Source: Planctomycetota bacterium
GTDB lineage: Bacteria > Planctomycetota > UBA8108 > SXIK01
Reading direction: 5' to 3'
DNA length: 64,000 nt
Assembly (NCBI GenBank): GCA_965223845.1
Contig: CBDCXR010000004.1
Span: 6,176,001-6,240,000 of the forward strand
Part shown: piece after piece, positions 38,988 through 48,484 of the stretch
Layout: the number at the start of each line of letters is the position of its first letter
Position numbering within the stretch: the first letter of the stretch is position 1
Made by a program: the position numbers and the translations under genes
The notes under the pieces: generated by a model
Seen by the model: only the letters and a program-made list of their open reading frames with translations
Databases searched by the model: none
Told to the model about the DNA's origin: nothing

Positions 38988-41900
38988 TCACGGCTGAAGC
39001 CTCACTTCGAGTACGCCGACCTCTCCGGATCGAAGTGTCACCGTCGCCGGATCGGGGCGCGGAAAGCCATCGGCCGACGCCTCGACGGTCCACTCGCCCT
39101 CCTCGAGCGCGTAGAGTCGCCCGACCCCGAAGCGATCGATGGAGATTCCGGTCGAGCGCCCGCGCTGCTTTTCGTGCCCGCGGAGCTTGACCCGCAGCGC
39201 AGACGGCCGCGTCCGTTCATTGCCGACCACCTCGACGCGAAACTCGAGCTGCGCACCGGGCTCGAGATGCACGACCGGCTCGAGATCCTCGATCGAGGCG
39301 TACGCGATGTCGCGCGGAAGAAAACGGTCGAGCTCGAACGAGAGCGTGCCGCTCTCGGGTAGATCGAAGCAGATGAACCTTCCCTGGTGGTCCGTGACCG
39401 TTCGCGCATTCCCGTAGTAGACCGAGGCGCTGCGAAGCGGATCTCCGTCGGGGCCGCGAACAACCGCCGACCACGTCGTACCGCGACCGAGATCCTTGAG
39501 CTGAAGCGTGAGTTCCGCCTCGAATCCGACCGCCGCTTCGGGTTCACGGCTCAGCGTCGCAGTTCGGTTTATCCGATGCCCGCGATACGCCGCCGAGACG
39601 TGATAGTATCCGCCGGCGAGGCCGGCGATGCGGTAGTCGCCTGCGGCGTCCGTCTCCGCCCAAGAGCCGAGGGGCGCACCGGAGCGCATGCTCGCTGAGT
39701 TGAGCGCCGAGACGAGCGCGCCTTCGACACCTCGCCCGCCGCTGTCGACGACTCGCCCGACGATCGCACCTCCTCGCGTGAGGACGATATCGTTCTCGAG
39801 CTCGACCGTCGCCCCGACATCGAGCGGAGCGAGTTTCTCGGTGTGAGTGACGCGATACTCGCCGCTGACAGAGATCTGGATCTCGACGCCCGCTTCGACG
39901 CCGACGAAGCGAAAGCGTCCGTCGACCGAACTCCGCGCCGTTCTTCTCGTCACGGGCGGTGAACCCGAGACCGTGACTCGCGCACCGACGACCGGAAGGC
40001 CGGAGTCGTCGACGACTCGCCCGCCGATCTCACCACCGGGAGCGAGCGCCACCTCGATCGAACCTTTGTCGGTCCTCGCGGCCGCATCCGGCTCGATCTC
40101 GACGGTCGTCGCCGCGTAGCGAAAGCGATGCACCTCGACGACGAGGTTCTCGCTCACGAACCCACCGAGCTCGGCCCGGCCCTCCTCGTCTGTTCGGCCC
40201 TCGTCGACTTTCCGTCCTCTCTCAACTTCGCCTCGTGGAGCAAAGATCTGCACCTGCGCCCCCTCGAGGAGTTCTCTACTCGCGGCGTCGCGCACGACGA
40301 TCTCGAGCTCCTCCCCGCGCTCGATCGACACCTCACCGACATCGATCGCGGCGCCGGAGATCGAATTGGCGTCGTGCTCGGTCCAGTCGAGCTCGACGTC
40401 GACCCAGCCGTCGACCTCGAGCACCGCGCGCGAAACTCCATCGGGGATGGCGGCGCTTCGAAACGCACCATCGGTGTCGATCTCGACCGACACTCGCTTT
40501 CGTTCGAAGCGCAACTCGCCCTTCGTGCCCTCCGCGAACCTCGAGTCGCGTTCGGACGGTTCCGATTCTCCGACCTCGGGACGCAAGCGACCGACCACGC
40601 GGTGACTCGGAGCGAGCTCGACCTCGACGAAGTCTTCGGCGGGAACGAGCTCGCTGTGCTTCGACCAGCGCGGCCATTCGGGATGGCTGACGGAGATCGA
40701 GCGGTAGAGTCGCGACGCGTTCGCGATTTCGAACTGGCCGTCTTCGTCGGTCGTCGCTTCGGGCTCTAGATGGTGGTTGTAGTAGAGGTGATCGGGGTAG
40801 CGATCTTCGATCGCCGGATAGATCGTGACCTTTGCACCCCTGATCGGTTCTCCGGCCGGCCCCCGAACGACACCCTTCAGCGAAGCGCCGGAGTGAACGC
40901 GGATGACGACATGAGAGACCTCGCCCGCCTTCGGTTTGACCGGCGCGGAAAAAGCGGCGCCGTACCCAGGGCCGATGACTTCGAATGCGACCAGAGGCTC
41001 GAGCGTGTCGACGGAGAACCGCCCCCACTCGTCGATCTCGAACGAGACGAAATCCCTCGACATGTAGCGTGCCGCACGGAGACCTTGCGGCGACTCCGAG
41101 AAAGCGCTCGCCATGAGCCGCGCTATCATGTGTCCTCTTCCTCCTTCGACGGGGCTCCCGTCGCGAGCGTAGACGACTTCGCCCGTGACGCGCGCGCCGG
41201 GCGAAAGGCGAACGGTGACGTCCTGGTCGTCCTCGATGCGCTTTCGGTGCGAGTCCGTCACCGGCAGGTACCCTTCGCGCTCGACCTCGACGCTGATGTC
41301 GCTCTCCTTCTTTTCGCGCGGAGGGAAACGAAACCGGCCTTCGGAGTCGGAGCGCGCGGTCGCGACGATCTCCGCCGGACCGCCGGAACGCGGCGACTCG
41401 ACGAGCCGGACTTCGGCATCGCCGACGGGAGAGAGTGTGAGGCTGTCGATCACGACTCCGCCCACGCGGAGTGCGACCGCCGGCGGTGATTCTTCGATCG
41501 GAGGCGGCACGGCGCCCCCGACCGCGGGTGTGTCGGCGACTCCGGGCGACGGAGCGGGCTCGGAAGCGCCCTCGGCGCCCGTGGCGACCGCCGGCGGATC
41601 GCCGGCGCCGACGACGGAGTTCGGAGTCGATTCCTGGTCGGGCCACGCGAACCACACGCCTGCGGCAATTACGGCGGACGCGACGAGCGCGATCGATCCT
41701 TTCGCGGCGAGGCTGGAGGCACCGAGGTGCGCCGCCGTCGACGCGCCTGCGGAGTGTCCGCAGAGCGGGATCAGTGCGAGTGCCCAGGTGCGGCGCTTGC
41801 TCCCGGAGCTTCGTTCGTCATCGAACCGATGGTCGAGCCGAACCGCGATCTGCTCGAGCGCTCGGCGGATGCGAGTGCGCACGGTCTCGACCGGGATCTC

Positions 41901-42329
41901 GAGCCGCGCCGCGATCTCTCGCGGCTTCAGGTTCTCGTAGAAGCGAAGCAGAACGACGCGCCGGTAACGTTCGTCGAGTGCGCGGACGGCATCGGTCACG
42001 GCGCCGAGCAAGTCCTCGCGCTCGCGGAGCTCGTCGACTCGCTGCGGATTGTCCTTGCGTTCGAGCTGACGACGACGATCCGCCTGCAGCTCGCGCCGAC
42101 GCCTGCGTTCGCCGCTTCGCCGCTCGTGCCGCGCCGTGTTTCGCACGACACCGGCGAGCCAGGCGCGAATCCGACCGGGCGTTTGTGGAGGTCGTGCCAA
42201 GAACGCGAGCCAGGCCTGTTGAACCAAATCGTCCGCGCGGCTCGCGTCCTCGACGAGACTCCGTGCCAAGCGCTGTACGAACTCCCCGTGCTGCGCGATC
42301 AGCTCCCAGTTTGCGTCGTCCGTTCGCAT
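38988..42329 (-). CDS. ECF sigma-70 factor fused via a TM helix to carboxypeptidase-regulatory-like repeats
   Basis: ADDLVQQAW (region 2), EIAARLEIPVETVRTRIRRAL (region 4), TM segment, repeated GxVVDxxGxPVxGAxV...TDxxGxF. Confidence 0.9.
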   Translation of the reverse strand: MRTDDANWELIAQHGEFVQRLARSLVEDASRADDLVQQAWLAFLARPPQTPGRIRAWLAGVVRNTARHERRSGERRRRRELQADRRRQLERKDNPQRVDELREREDLLGAVTDAVRALDERYRRVVLLRFYENLKPREIAARLEIPVETVRTRIRRALEQIAVRLDHRFDDERSSGSKRRTWALALIPLCGHSAGASTAAHLGASSLAAKGSIALVASAVIAAGVWFAWPDQESTPNSVVGAGDPPAVATGAEGASEPAPSPGVADTPAVGGAVPPPIEESPPAVALRVGGVVIDSLTLSPVGDAEVRLVESPRSGGPAEIVATARSDSEGRFRFPPREKKESDISVEVEREGYLPVTDSHRKRIEDDQDVTVRLSPGARVTGEVVYARDGSPVEGGRGHMIARLMASAFSESPQGLRAARYMSRDFVSFEIDEWGRFSVDTLEPLVAFEVIGPGYGAAFSAPVKPKAGEVSHVVIRVHSGASLKGVVRGPAGEPIRGAKVTIYPAIEDRYPDHLYYNHHLEPEATTDEDGQFEIANASRLYRSISVSHPEWPRWSKHSELVPAEDFVEVELAPSHRVVGRLRPEVGESEPSERDSRFAEGTKGELRFERKRVSVEIDTDGAFRSAAIPDGVSRAVLEVDGWVDVELDWTEHDANSISGAAIDVGEVSIERGEELEIVVRDAASRELLEGAQVQIFAPRGEVERGRKVDEGRTDEEGRAELGGFVSENLVVEVHRFRYAATTVEIEPDAAARTDKGSIEVALAPGGEIGGRVVDDSGLPVVGARVTVSGSPPVTRRTARSSVDGRFRFVGVEAGVEIQISVSGEYRVTHTEKLAPLDVGATVELENDIVLTRGGAIVGRVVDSGGRGVEGALVSALNSASMRSGAPLGSWAETDAAGDYRIAGLAGGYYHVSAAYRGHRINRTATLSREPEAAVGFEAELTLQLKDLGRGTTWSAVVRGPDGDPLRSASVYYGNARTVTDHQGRFICFDLPESGTLSFELDRFLPRDIAYASIEDLEPVVHLEPGAQLEFRVEVVGNERTRPSALRVKLRGHEKQRGRSTGISIDRFGVGRLYALEEGEWTVEASADGFPRPDPATVTLRSGEVGVLEVRLQP

Positions 42330-42602
42330 GTACTTGCTCCGGTGTGTTACGCCGATGTCACCCGCATTCGGGGATGGATGACCGGCGACGCCGGAATCGG
42401 TTCAGGAATTCGAGAGAGCCGATCCGGATCGGCTCTCTCGAAGAGAGACTCACACGAAGCGCGCGACCATTGGCCGACGCAAGCGAGTCGGTCGGATTCG
42501 TACAGGCCGGGTTTCGGATGCGAAGGTAGGATGTCTGCCGCATTGCGATTCCCTCGCGCGACCGGGATTCGACCCCGACCCAACCCAGCATGGAGACCAT
42601 CG

Positions 42603-42983
42603 ATGGACCGCGTGTGCCACTTCGAAATCCCGTACTCGGACAAAGAGCGAGCCGAGAAGTTCTACCACGGCGTCTTCGGCTGGCAGATCACTCACGTCCC
42701 GGAGATGTCGTACACGTTTGCGATCACAACCGAGGTCGACGAGCAGTTCATGCCAAAGAAGGTCGGCGGCATCAACGGCGGCATGTACGAGCGGACCGAA
42801 TCGGTGAGTCCGACCCCGGTGGTCGTGATCGAGGTTCCGTCTTGCGAGAAGCGGCTCGCGGAGGCGGAAGCCGCCGGCGGCGTGAGGATCAGCGATCCGG
42901 CGGAGGTGCCGGGGAAGGGCATCTACGCCATGCTCAAGGATCCCGAGGGAAACACCATCGGGCTTTGGCAGCCGCTCCACTGA
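42603..42983 (+). CDS. VOC/glyoxalase family protein
   Basis: VCHFEIP...RAEKFYHGVFGW, GINGG, DPEGNTIGLWQ; GGAG RBS. Confidence 0.9.
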   Translation: MDRVCHFEIPYSDKERAEKFYHGVFGWQITHVPEMSYTFAITTEVDEQFMPKKVGGINGGMYERTESVSPTPVVVIEVPSCEKRLAEAEAAGGVRISDPAEVPGKGIYAMLKDPEGNTIGLWQPLH

Positions 42984-43001
42984 TCGCTCTTGCGCCGGCG
43001 T

Positions 43002-43565
43002 TCAATGGCCCCGCTCGTGCGCCTGCGTACGCTCGCGAGTCTTTTCGTCGAGCGCGGCGAGCGAGTAGCGAGGACCGAACAGCCGAACCGTTCCCTCCTC
43101 GATGGTGACGAGGATCGGACCGTGAAGCGCGCCGAGGAGTGGAACGCATTCGTAGGTCGCGGCGGAGTGCGAGGACTCACGGAGTGCGTAACCGGCGGAG
43201 AGGAGCGCGTCGTGCGCGAGCTCCGGTGTGACCTCCCGCGGCAGGTCTCTCCGATCGGGACGGTGCTGGAGATAGAGAAGAAGAAGCATGAGCGCGGTCG
43301 AGGCCAGGAAGATTCCTGCGATTCCGATCGGAGGAGGAAGGTCCAGGTGCTGGACCGCGCGCGCCCCGAGCGCGATCGTCGTGAAGAATCCACCTGAGAA
43401 GAGCGACGTGAGATTGCGCTTCGCCGCGATTCTCTTCTCGATCCGAGCCGTGAGCTCTGCGATCGAGGGAGACGAATCGCGCGTGGTCTGAGGGGCGTCG
43501 CCTCCGCCCGTATCGTGCTCTCCGATCGCGTCGCTTTGAAGCGAGAGCCTTCGTCCGATGTTCAT
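43002..43565 (-). CDS. Hypothetical membrane protein
   Basis: Two hydrophobic segments; 187 aa; co-oriented with upstream genes. Confidence 0.6.
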   Translation of the reverse strand: MNIGRRLSLQSDAIGEHDTGGGDAPQTTRDSSPSIAELTARIEKRIAAKRNLTSLFSGGFFTTIALGARAVQHLDLPPPIGIAGIFLASTALMLLLLYLQHRPDRRDLPREVTPELAHDALLSAGYALRESSHSAATYECVPLLGALHGPILVTIEEGTVRLFGPRYSLAALDEKTRERTQAHERGH

Positions 43566-43700
43566 GGTGTCGCCGTCGTGGTGACGATCCGGTTCTCGAT
43601 GGGTACCGCCTCAATGACGGATCGCGAGCCGAGGTCGTTGCAGAGGTCGCCTGCGACGCGCTTCTTCGCGTTCATGGGTTCCTCTCGAGGACACGACTCC

Positions 43701-44138
43701 TCAATTGTCGAGGGCGACTATGAAGAAGAAGTAAACGAAGAAGTTCGCAATCGCGACGCCGAGCGCGAGTCCGACCGCCGAGAGCCACGGGCGTGGTTCG
43801 CGCGTTCGGCGAAAGATCCAGACGGCCCAGGGGTAAAGGAGGAGCATGCTCGCGAGACCAGTGAGCACGCCGCCGGTCTGGAAATCGCGATTCCCCATGG
43901 CGCCTCCGATCAGAACCGATCCGCACGCGATGGTCGCGGGCAAGACGGCGACCGCGACCGATACGATGCGATGACCGATCAGCCGCCGCGTGATGCAGAG
44001 CTCCCACGGCTCGAGCTCGCGGGAACATTGCGGACAGGTGTGCGGTCGCCACACCGTAGGTGCGATGTCGAAGTGGCAACCCGGACAGTACCGCTGGCGA
44101 AGAATCGTCTCGGATTCGCGTTCAGCGCGTTCGGCCAT
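43701..44138 (-). CDS. Hypothetical membrane protein with N-terminal Zn-ribbon
   Basis: CPGC...CPQC followed by three TM segments; start overlaps the end of the upstream TPR gene. Confidence 0.7.
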   Translation of the reverse strand: MAERAERESETILRQRYCPGCHFDIAPTVWRPHTCPQCSRELEPWELCITRRLIGHRIVSVAVAVLPATIACGSVLIGGAMGNRDFQTGGVLTGLASMLLLYPWAVWIFRRTREPRPWLSAVGLALGVAIANFFVYFFFIVALDN

Positions 44139-46251
44139 CGTTCGCTTCGTTCGTTTCTCGCGGTGCGGCCGAGTTCGGGTCCTTCCCGAGACGAGTGAGA
44201 TTCGCCCGCGCCGGCGCAAAGCTCGGGTCGATCGCAAGGGCGCGCTCGAACGACTCCCGCGCCCGTTCGCGCTTTCCCCGGCGGAGCAGCAGAAGCCCGA
44301 GGTTGTTGTAAGGCTCCGGTACCCGGGAATCGAGCTCGATCGCGCGCTCGTACGCGACGATCGCCGCATCGAGATCGCCGAGCCGCCGGTAGACGACGCC
44401 GAGATTGTTGTAGACGTCCGAGAGATCGGGATCGAGCTCCCGTGCTCGCTCGAGAAGACGCCGGGCTTCTTCGTTCTCGTTCTCCGCGATCCGCACGCGC
44501 GCGAGGTTGTTGTGGGCGTTCGCGTTTCTCGGCTCGTGCCGAATCGCCGCGGCGAAGAACGGTGCGGCTTCTCGGACTCGCCCGCTCTTCGCGGTGAGAA
44601 CGCCGAGCGCATCGTACGCCTCTCCGTACGTCGGGCGTCGCTCGATCGCGTCGCGATACCAGCGCACGGCTTCTCGCGCAGCTCCGCGTCGCTCGGAGAG
44701 GACACCGAGATTGAAACTCGGCTCCGCGAAATCGTTTCGCAGCTCCCGGGCCCTCAGGAACGCCGCTTCAGCCTTGTCCCACTCGCCGTTCGCACCGGCC
44801 TCGCGAGTTCCCGCCTCGAGCGCGATCAGTCCGAGGTTGTTCCACGCCTCCGGAAAGTCGGGATTCCATTCGAGGAGCTCGCGATAGTGGCGCTCTGCGT
44901 CCGCGCGAGCACCCGCGAGGCGGAGGTCCGATGCGAGCTGAAAGCGTAGACGGGATTCCGCGAGGTGTCGGCTCGCCGCGATGCGCGGATGCGAGAGCGC
45001 GATCCCCTCGAGCGGCGCGGCGCGCCGGAATCGCTCGTTCGCATCTTCGGGCGTGCGCGCTGCGTCGGCGACCAAGGTCTCTGCATCCACCGGGCCTTTG
45101 TAGAGCGCGACCCATCGGCCGCGACCGTCGACGAGGAAGCTCGACGGGACCGGAAGCCGCGTGCTGAGCGGCAGCTGCGAATCGTGGAGGTGCTGAAGGA
45201 GACCGAGCACGGCCGGGGTCGCGCGCGCCCACGGAAACGCGAGGCGCAGTCGTTCCACCGCGCGCGGAGCCGCCTCGAGCGGCGTCGGATCGTCGCCCAC
45301 TCCGTCGACGCAGAGCGTGAGGACGCGGATTCGCGCTCGGTCGAACAATTCCTTCTGCTTCGTCCACGCGGCGAGTTCTTCGAGACAGGGAGCGCAGCGG
45401 CTCGACCAAAGGTTGAGTACGAGCGCTTCGCCGCTCCCGACGCGGAAGCCGGGCGATCCCGCCGGCGCGACCGCATCGAGGATTCCCTGCGGAAACGAGA
45501 CGAGGCTCACGAGCGGGATGCGGGCGGCAGCACGGGGCGCCTCCGGACGAGGACGCGAAGCGCGAAGCGCGAGCGCGTCGTTTCCCGGTGCCGCCGGGCG
45601 CGTCCACACCCGCGCGCGGCCCGCGCCTTGCTCGAGAACGAAGTGGCCGCCCGGCGACACCCCCTCGAACTCCTCGGTCGCGTTTTCTCGAGATCGCGTC
45701 GGCCACCGGACGCGAACGCGTTCGATCACCCGTGCCTCACCGTCCGGCGCGCGACCCAACCCGAAGTGGATCCACTTCGACGACTGCGAGAGGAATCCTT
45801 CGCCTGCGCGGAGTGTCTTCATGCGCGGTGCGTCTTCTCCCGCGACGAAGAGCTCGACCCGTGCGCCGATCGCATCTCGATTCGTTCCACTCGCGGTCGC
45901 GCGGAGTCGAAGCGCTGCGAAGTGATGGGCGATCGCCGCATCGACTTTCCCCGCGCCTCGGATGCGATTTCGGTAGAGACGAGCTCGCGGGGCGTTGCGG
46001 TTGGAAATCCAGAGGTCGAGATCGCCGTCGTGGTCCCAATCGACGAGTGCCACACCCCGCGAATCGTCCGGCGCGTCGAGACCGGACGCCCACGACACGT
46101 CCGCGAAGCGACCCGACGCACTTCCGAGGAAGCAACAATTGCGTTCCCGTGCGCTCCAAGACCGCCCTTCTTTCACCATCCGCGAGAGAGTGAAGAACGG
46201 GCTGAGCGCATCGCTCGCTCGATCGCCGACGTGGTCACGCGATGACGACAC
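44122..46251 (-). CDS. ASPIC/UnbV + redoxin-like (CxxC) + TPR protein; probably the C-terminal half of a UGA-recoded protein spanning 44122-48240
   Basis: SWSARERN, DWDHDGDLDL, NRDAIGARV, GEGFLSQSS..HFGLG, NLWSSRCAPC, several TPRs; in frame with the upstream ORF and no evident RBS before its GTG. Confidence 0.88.
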   Translation of the reverse strand: MSSSRDHVGDRASDALSPFFTLSRMVKEGRSWSARERNCCFLGSASGRFADVSWASGLDAPDDSRGVALVDWDHDGDLDLWISNRNAPRARLYRNRIRGAGKVDAAIAHHFAALRLRATASGTNRDAIGARVELFVAGEDAPRMKTLRAGEGFLSQSSKWIHFGLGRAPDGEARVIERVRVRWPTRSRENATEEFEGVSPGGHFVLEQGAGRARVWTRPAAPGNDALALRASRPRPEAPRAAARIPLVSLVSFPQGILDAVAPAGSPGFRVGSGEALVLNLWSSRCAPCLEELAAWTKQKELFDRARIRVLTLCVDGVGDDPTPLEAAPRAVERLRLAFPWARATPAVLGLLQHLHDSQLPLSTRLPVPSSFLVDGRGRWVALYKGPVDAETLVADAARTPEDANERFRRAAPLEGIALSHPRIAASRHLAESRLRFQLASDLRLAGARADAERHYRELLEWNPDFPEAWNNLGLIALEAGTREAGANGEWDKAEAAFLRARELRNDFAEPSFNLGVLSERRGAAREAVRWYRDAIERRPTYGEAYDALGVLTAKSGRVREAAPFFAAAIRHEPRNANAHNNLARVRIAENENEEARRLLERARELDPDLSDVYNNLGVVYRRLGDLDAAIVAYERAIELDSRVPEPYNNLGLLLLRRGKRERARESFERALAIDPSFAPARANLTRLGKDPNSAAPRETNEANDGRTR

Positions 46252-46263
46252 GACCTGTCGCCA
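46243..46263 (-). promoter_or_regulatory. Candidate bacterial SECIS hairpin
   Basis: mRNA reads UGA-AGCUUCUUC-UGGCGACA-GGUCG-UGUCGUCA: 8-bp stem with one G-U pair and a 5-nt loop starting GG at +18 after the UGA. Confidence 0.7.
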
Positions 46264-46272
46264 GAAGAAGCT

Positions 46273-48240
46273 TCAGAGATCGCCGGTGTCTTCGGTCGTG
46301 ATGTATCCGTTCGCGACGATGAGATCCTCCCAGCCGTCGAGGTCGACATCGACGAAGTTCGAGCTCCACGCCCAGCGGCCGCGAAGGACGCCTGCGTCTT
46401 CGCTCACGTCTTCGAACGAACCATCGGGCGTCGCGCGAAGGAGGGTGTTCCCGCGGCTGAATCGCCGGAGGCGCGAGCGAACGTCTGCTCTCGAGTTCGG
46501 CTTGAACTCGGCCTGCCCGGTCACTCGGCTCCCCGCGGCCGAGAACATGTTGCTCACGTAGACGTCCATGCGGCCGTCGCGGTCGAAATCGGCCCAGGTC
46601 ACGGACATCCCCGAGGCGCTGTCCTCAGCGTTGCGAGCGGCGGCGACGTCGATGAAGCGCGCGGTGCCTGACTCCGCGAGTTGGTTCTCGTAGAGAGTGT
46701 TCCGCCCGAAGTCGTTCGCGACGTAGAGGTCGTCGTCGCCGTCCCCATCGTAATCCTCCCACGCGGCGGCGAAGCTGAATCGCCGGTTGTTTTCGTCGAG
46801 ACCGGACTCTTTCGTCGCGTCGGTGAACTGCCACTCTGTTCCGTTCGTGCGGTCGTTGCGAAAAAGTGTATTCGGAGCGCCGCTGTTCGCGTCGTGATAC
46901 ACGAAGTCCTCGCCCACTCCGATCGACACGATTCCGGATTCCTCCGCGAGGTCGCTCCGGTTGTAGCCGCAGACGTAGATGTCGAGATCGCCGTCGCGAT
47001 CGTAGTCCGCCGCAGCGAGTGAGAACGAGTCTTCGCACGTCGAGAGGGTCGCGCGAACGTCGAATCTCCCGCGCCCATCGTTGGCTGCGAGAACGAGCAC
47101 GTTCGTCGTTCCGGCGGCGAGATCCTGGTCGCCGTCGCCGTCGAGATCGACGAGGAGAACGCCACGCGTGCTCTCGAGCCAATCGACCCCGCTTTCACGG
47201 GACGCGTCCGTGGCCGTTCCGTCGAGATTCTGGCGGTAGAGGCGATTTGGGAGTCCACCCTCCTGGGAGAGAAAGAGATCGTCGAGTCCGTCCCCGTTCA
47301 CGTCGCCGACGGCGATTCCCGGCGTCCCGAGAAGATTGAACGAGCGACCGTCTTGGATGCGCTGCGCCCAGTGGTTGTAGCCGAAGAGGAGATGTTTCGA
47401 GTACGACTCGTTCGCGCCGAGGACCGAGGGTGTGACCTCCTCGAAGAGGGGTGCCGGCGCCTCCGTCTCCTCGTGTTCGCCGACCGCGATCGACGCGAGA
47501 CGAAGGTCTCCCGAGGGCGCGCGACGCCAGCGCGTGCGCCAGCGCGCGTGAATCTCGAGCGGTCCCGCAGCTCGCGTCGCGGCGATCGATACGTGCTCGG
47601 TGCTCGCGACCGTACCGCCTTCCTCGACGACGCGGACCACTTTCATCTCGACGCGCCGTTCGATCGCGCCGGCGAGGCGATCACGAAGCGGACGGAGCGC
47701 GGTGACGAAACGCGCGACACCGGCCGTTTCACTGCCGCCGCCATCGCTCTCGTCGGGGGCGGCAGGGGCCGCTCTCGCGCGTGCGACGGAAAAGTAGCCG
47801 GCCGCCGACGGCGCCGAGTCGACTTTCGGGCGGAGAGTCTCTCCGCGGAAGCCCGGGTCGATGATCCTCGCGAGATCCGTCGGCGGGGGCGCGCCGCGGG
47901 ACGAAATGAGCTCACCCACCTTCTTCAGCCGCGCTTTCACTTCGTCGTGGAGAGCTTCCGACGCCCAGCCATCGCGGGAGGGGTCATCGCGCTCGTCCCA
48001 TCCCGGGACATCGTCCGACTCCGGGAGCGCGATCAGCTCGCGAACGAGCTCGACGCTGCCTTCGGCGTTTTCGACCGGAGCGATCGACGGGGGCGGCGCG
48101 TCCGAGACCTTCTCTACCCCGCGGTCGCAGCCGCCGACGAGCGCAGCGCCGGCGATGAGGAGTCCGACCGTGCGCGCGACGCCGCCCCGACTCCTCAGAG
48201 GAAGTTCGAACGTATCGCCGGCTCGTCGTCTATCGCGCAT
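46273..48240 (-). CDS. FG-GAP/VCBS-repeat (CRTAC1-like) lipoprotein; probably the N-terminal half of the UGA-recoded protein
   Basis: Lipobox-like VGGC; repeats GDVNGDGLDDL, DLDGDGDQDL, DYDRDGDLDI, DYDGDGDDDL, DFDRDGRMDV, DVDLDGWEDL; ends ANGYITTEDTGDL-TGA. Confidence 0.88.
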   Translation of the reverse strand: MRDRRRAGDTFELPLRSRGGVARTVGLLIAGAALVGGCDRGVEKVSDAPPPSIAPVENAEGSVELVRELIALPESDDVPGWDERDDPSRDGWASEALHDEVKARLKKVGELISSRGAPPPTDLARIIDPGFRGETLRPKVDSAPSAAGYFSVARARAAPAAPDESDGGGSETAGVARFVTALRPLRDRLAGAIERRVEMKVVRVVEEGGTVASTEHVSIAATRAAGPLEIHARWRTRWRRAPSGDLRLASIAVGEHEETEAPAPLFEEVTPSVLGANESYSKHLLFGYNHWAQRIQDGRSFNLLGTPGIAVGDVNGDGLDDLFLSQEGGLPNRLYRQNLDGTATDASRESGVDWLESTRGVLLVDLDGDGDQDLAAGTTNVLVLAANDGRGRFDVRATLSTCEDSFSLAAADYDRDGDLDIYVCGYNRSDLAEESGIVSIGVGEDFVYHDANSGAPNTLFRNDRTNGTEWQFTDATKESGLDENNRRFSFAAAWEDYDGDGDDDLYVANDFGRNTLYENQLAESGTARFIDVAAARNAEDSASGMSVTWADFDRDGRMDVYVSNMFSAAGSRVTGQAEFKPNSRADVRSRLRRFSRGNTLLRATPDGSFEDVSEDAGVLRGRWAWSSNFVDVDLDGWEDLIVANGYITTEDTGDL

Positions 48241-48424
48241 GTCCCACCCGAACCGATTCTCGACCGTAGTCCCGAATCGAGCACGCCTCCGAAGGGGCTT
48301 CGCCCTCCTTCGATCTCACACCCTCGCTCTCTCCACTTCAATTCCGTTCTTCATTGTCTCGCGTCGTGTTCGCGTCGCACACTTTCGGGTGAATGTCGAC
48401 TCCCGCCTTCGCGAACGGTCGACG

Positions 48425-48465
48425 AAAAAAAGGGCGGCTCCCGATTCCTCGGAAGCCGCCCTTTT
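48425..48465 (-). terminator. Rho-independent terminator
   Basis: GC-rich inverted repeat GGGCGGCTCCCGA-TTCC-TCGGAAGCCGCCC (one mismatch) with a 7-T tail on the minus strand, about 20 nt after the stop at 48485. Confidence 0.85.
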
Positions 48466-48484
48466 GCCGCTGCTTCGGATCAGC

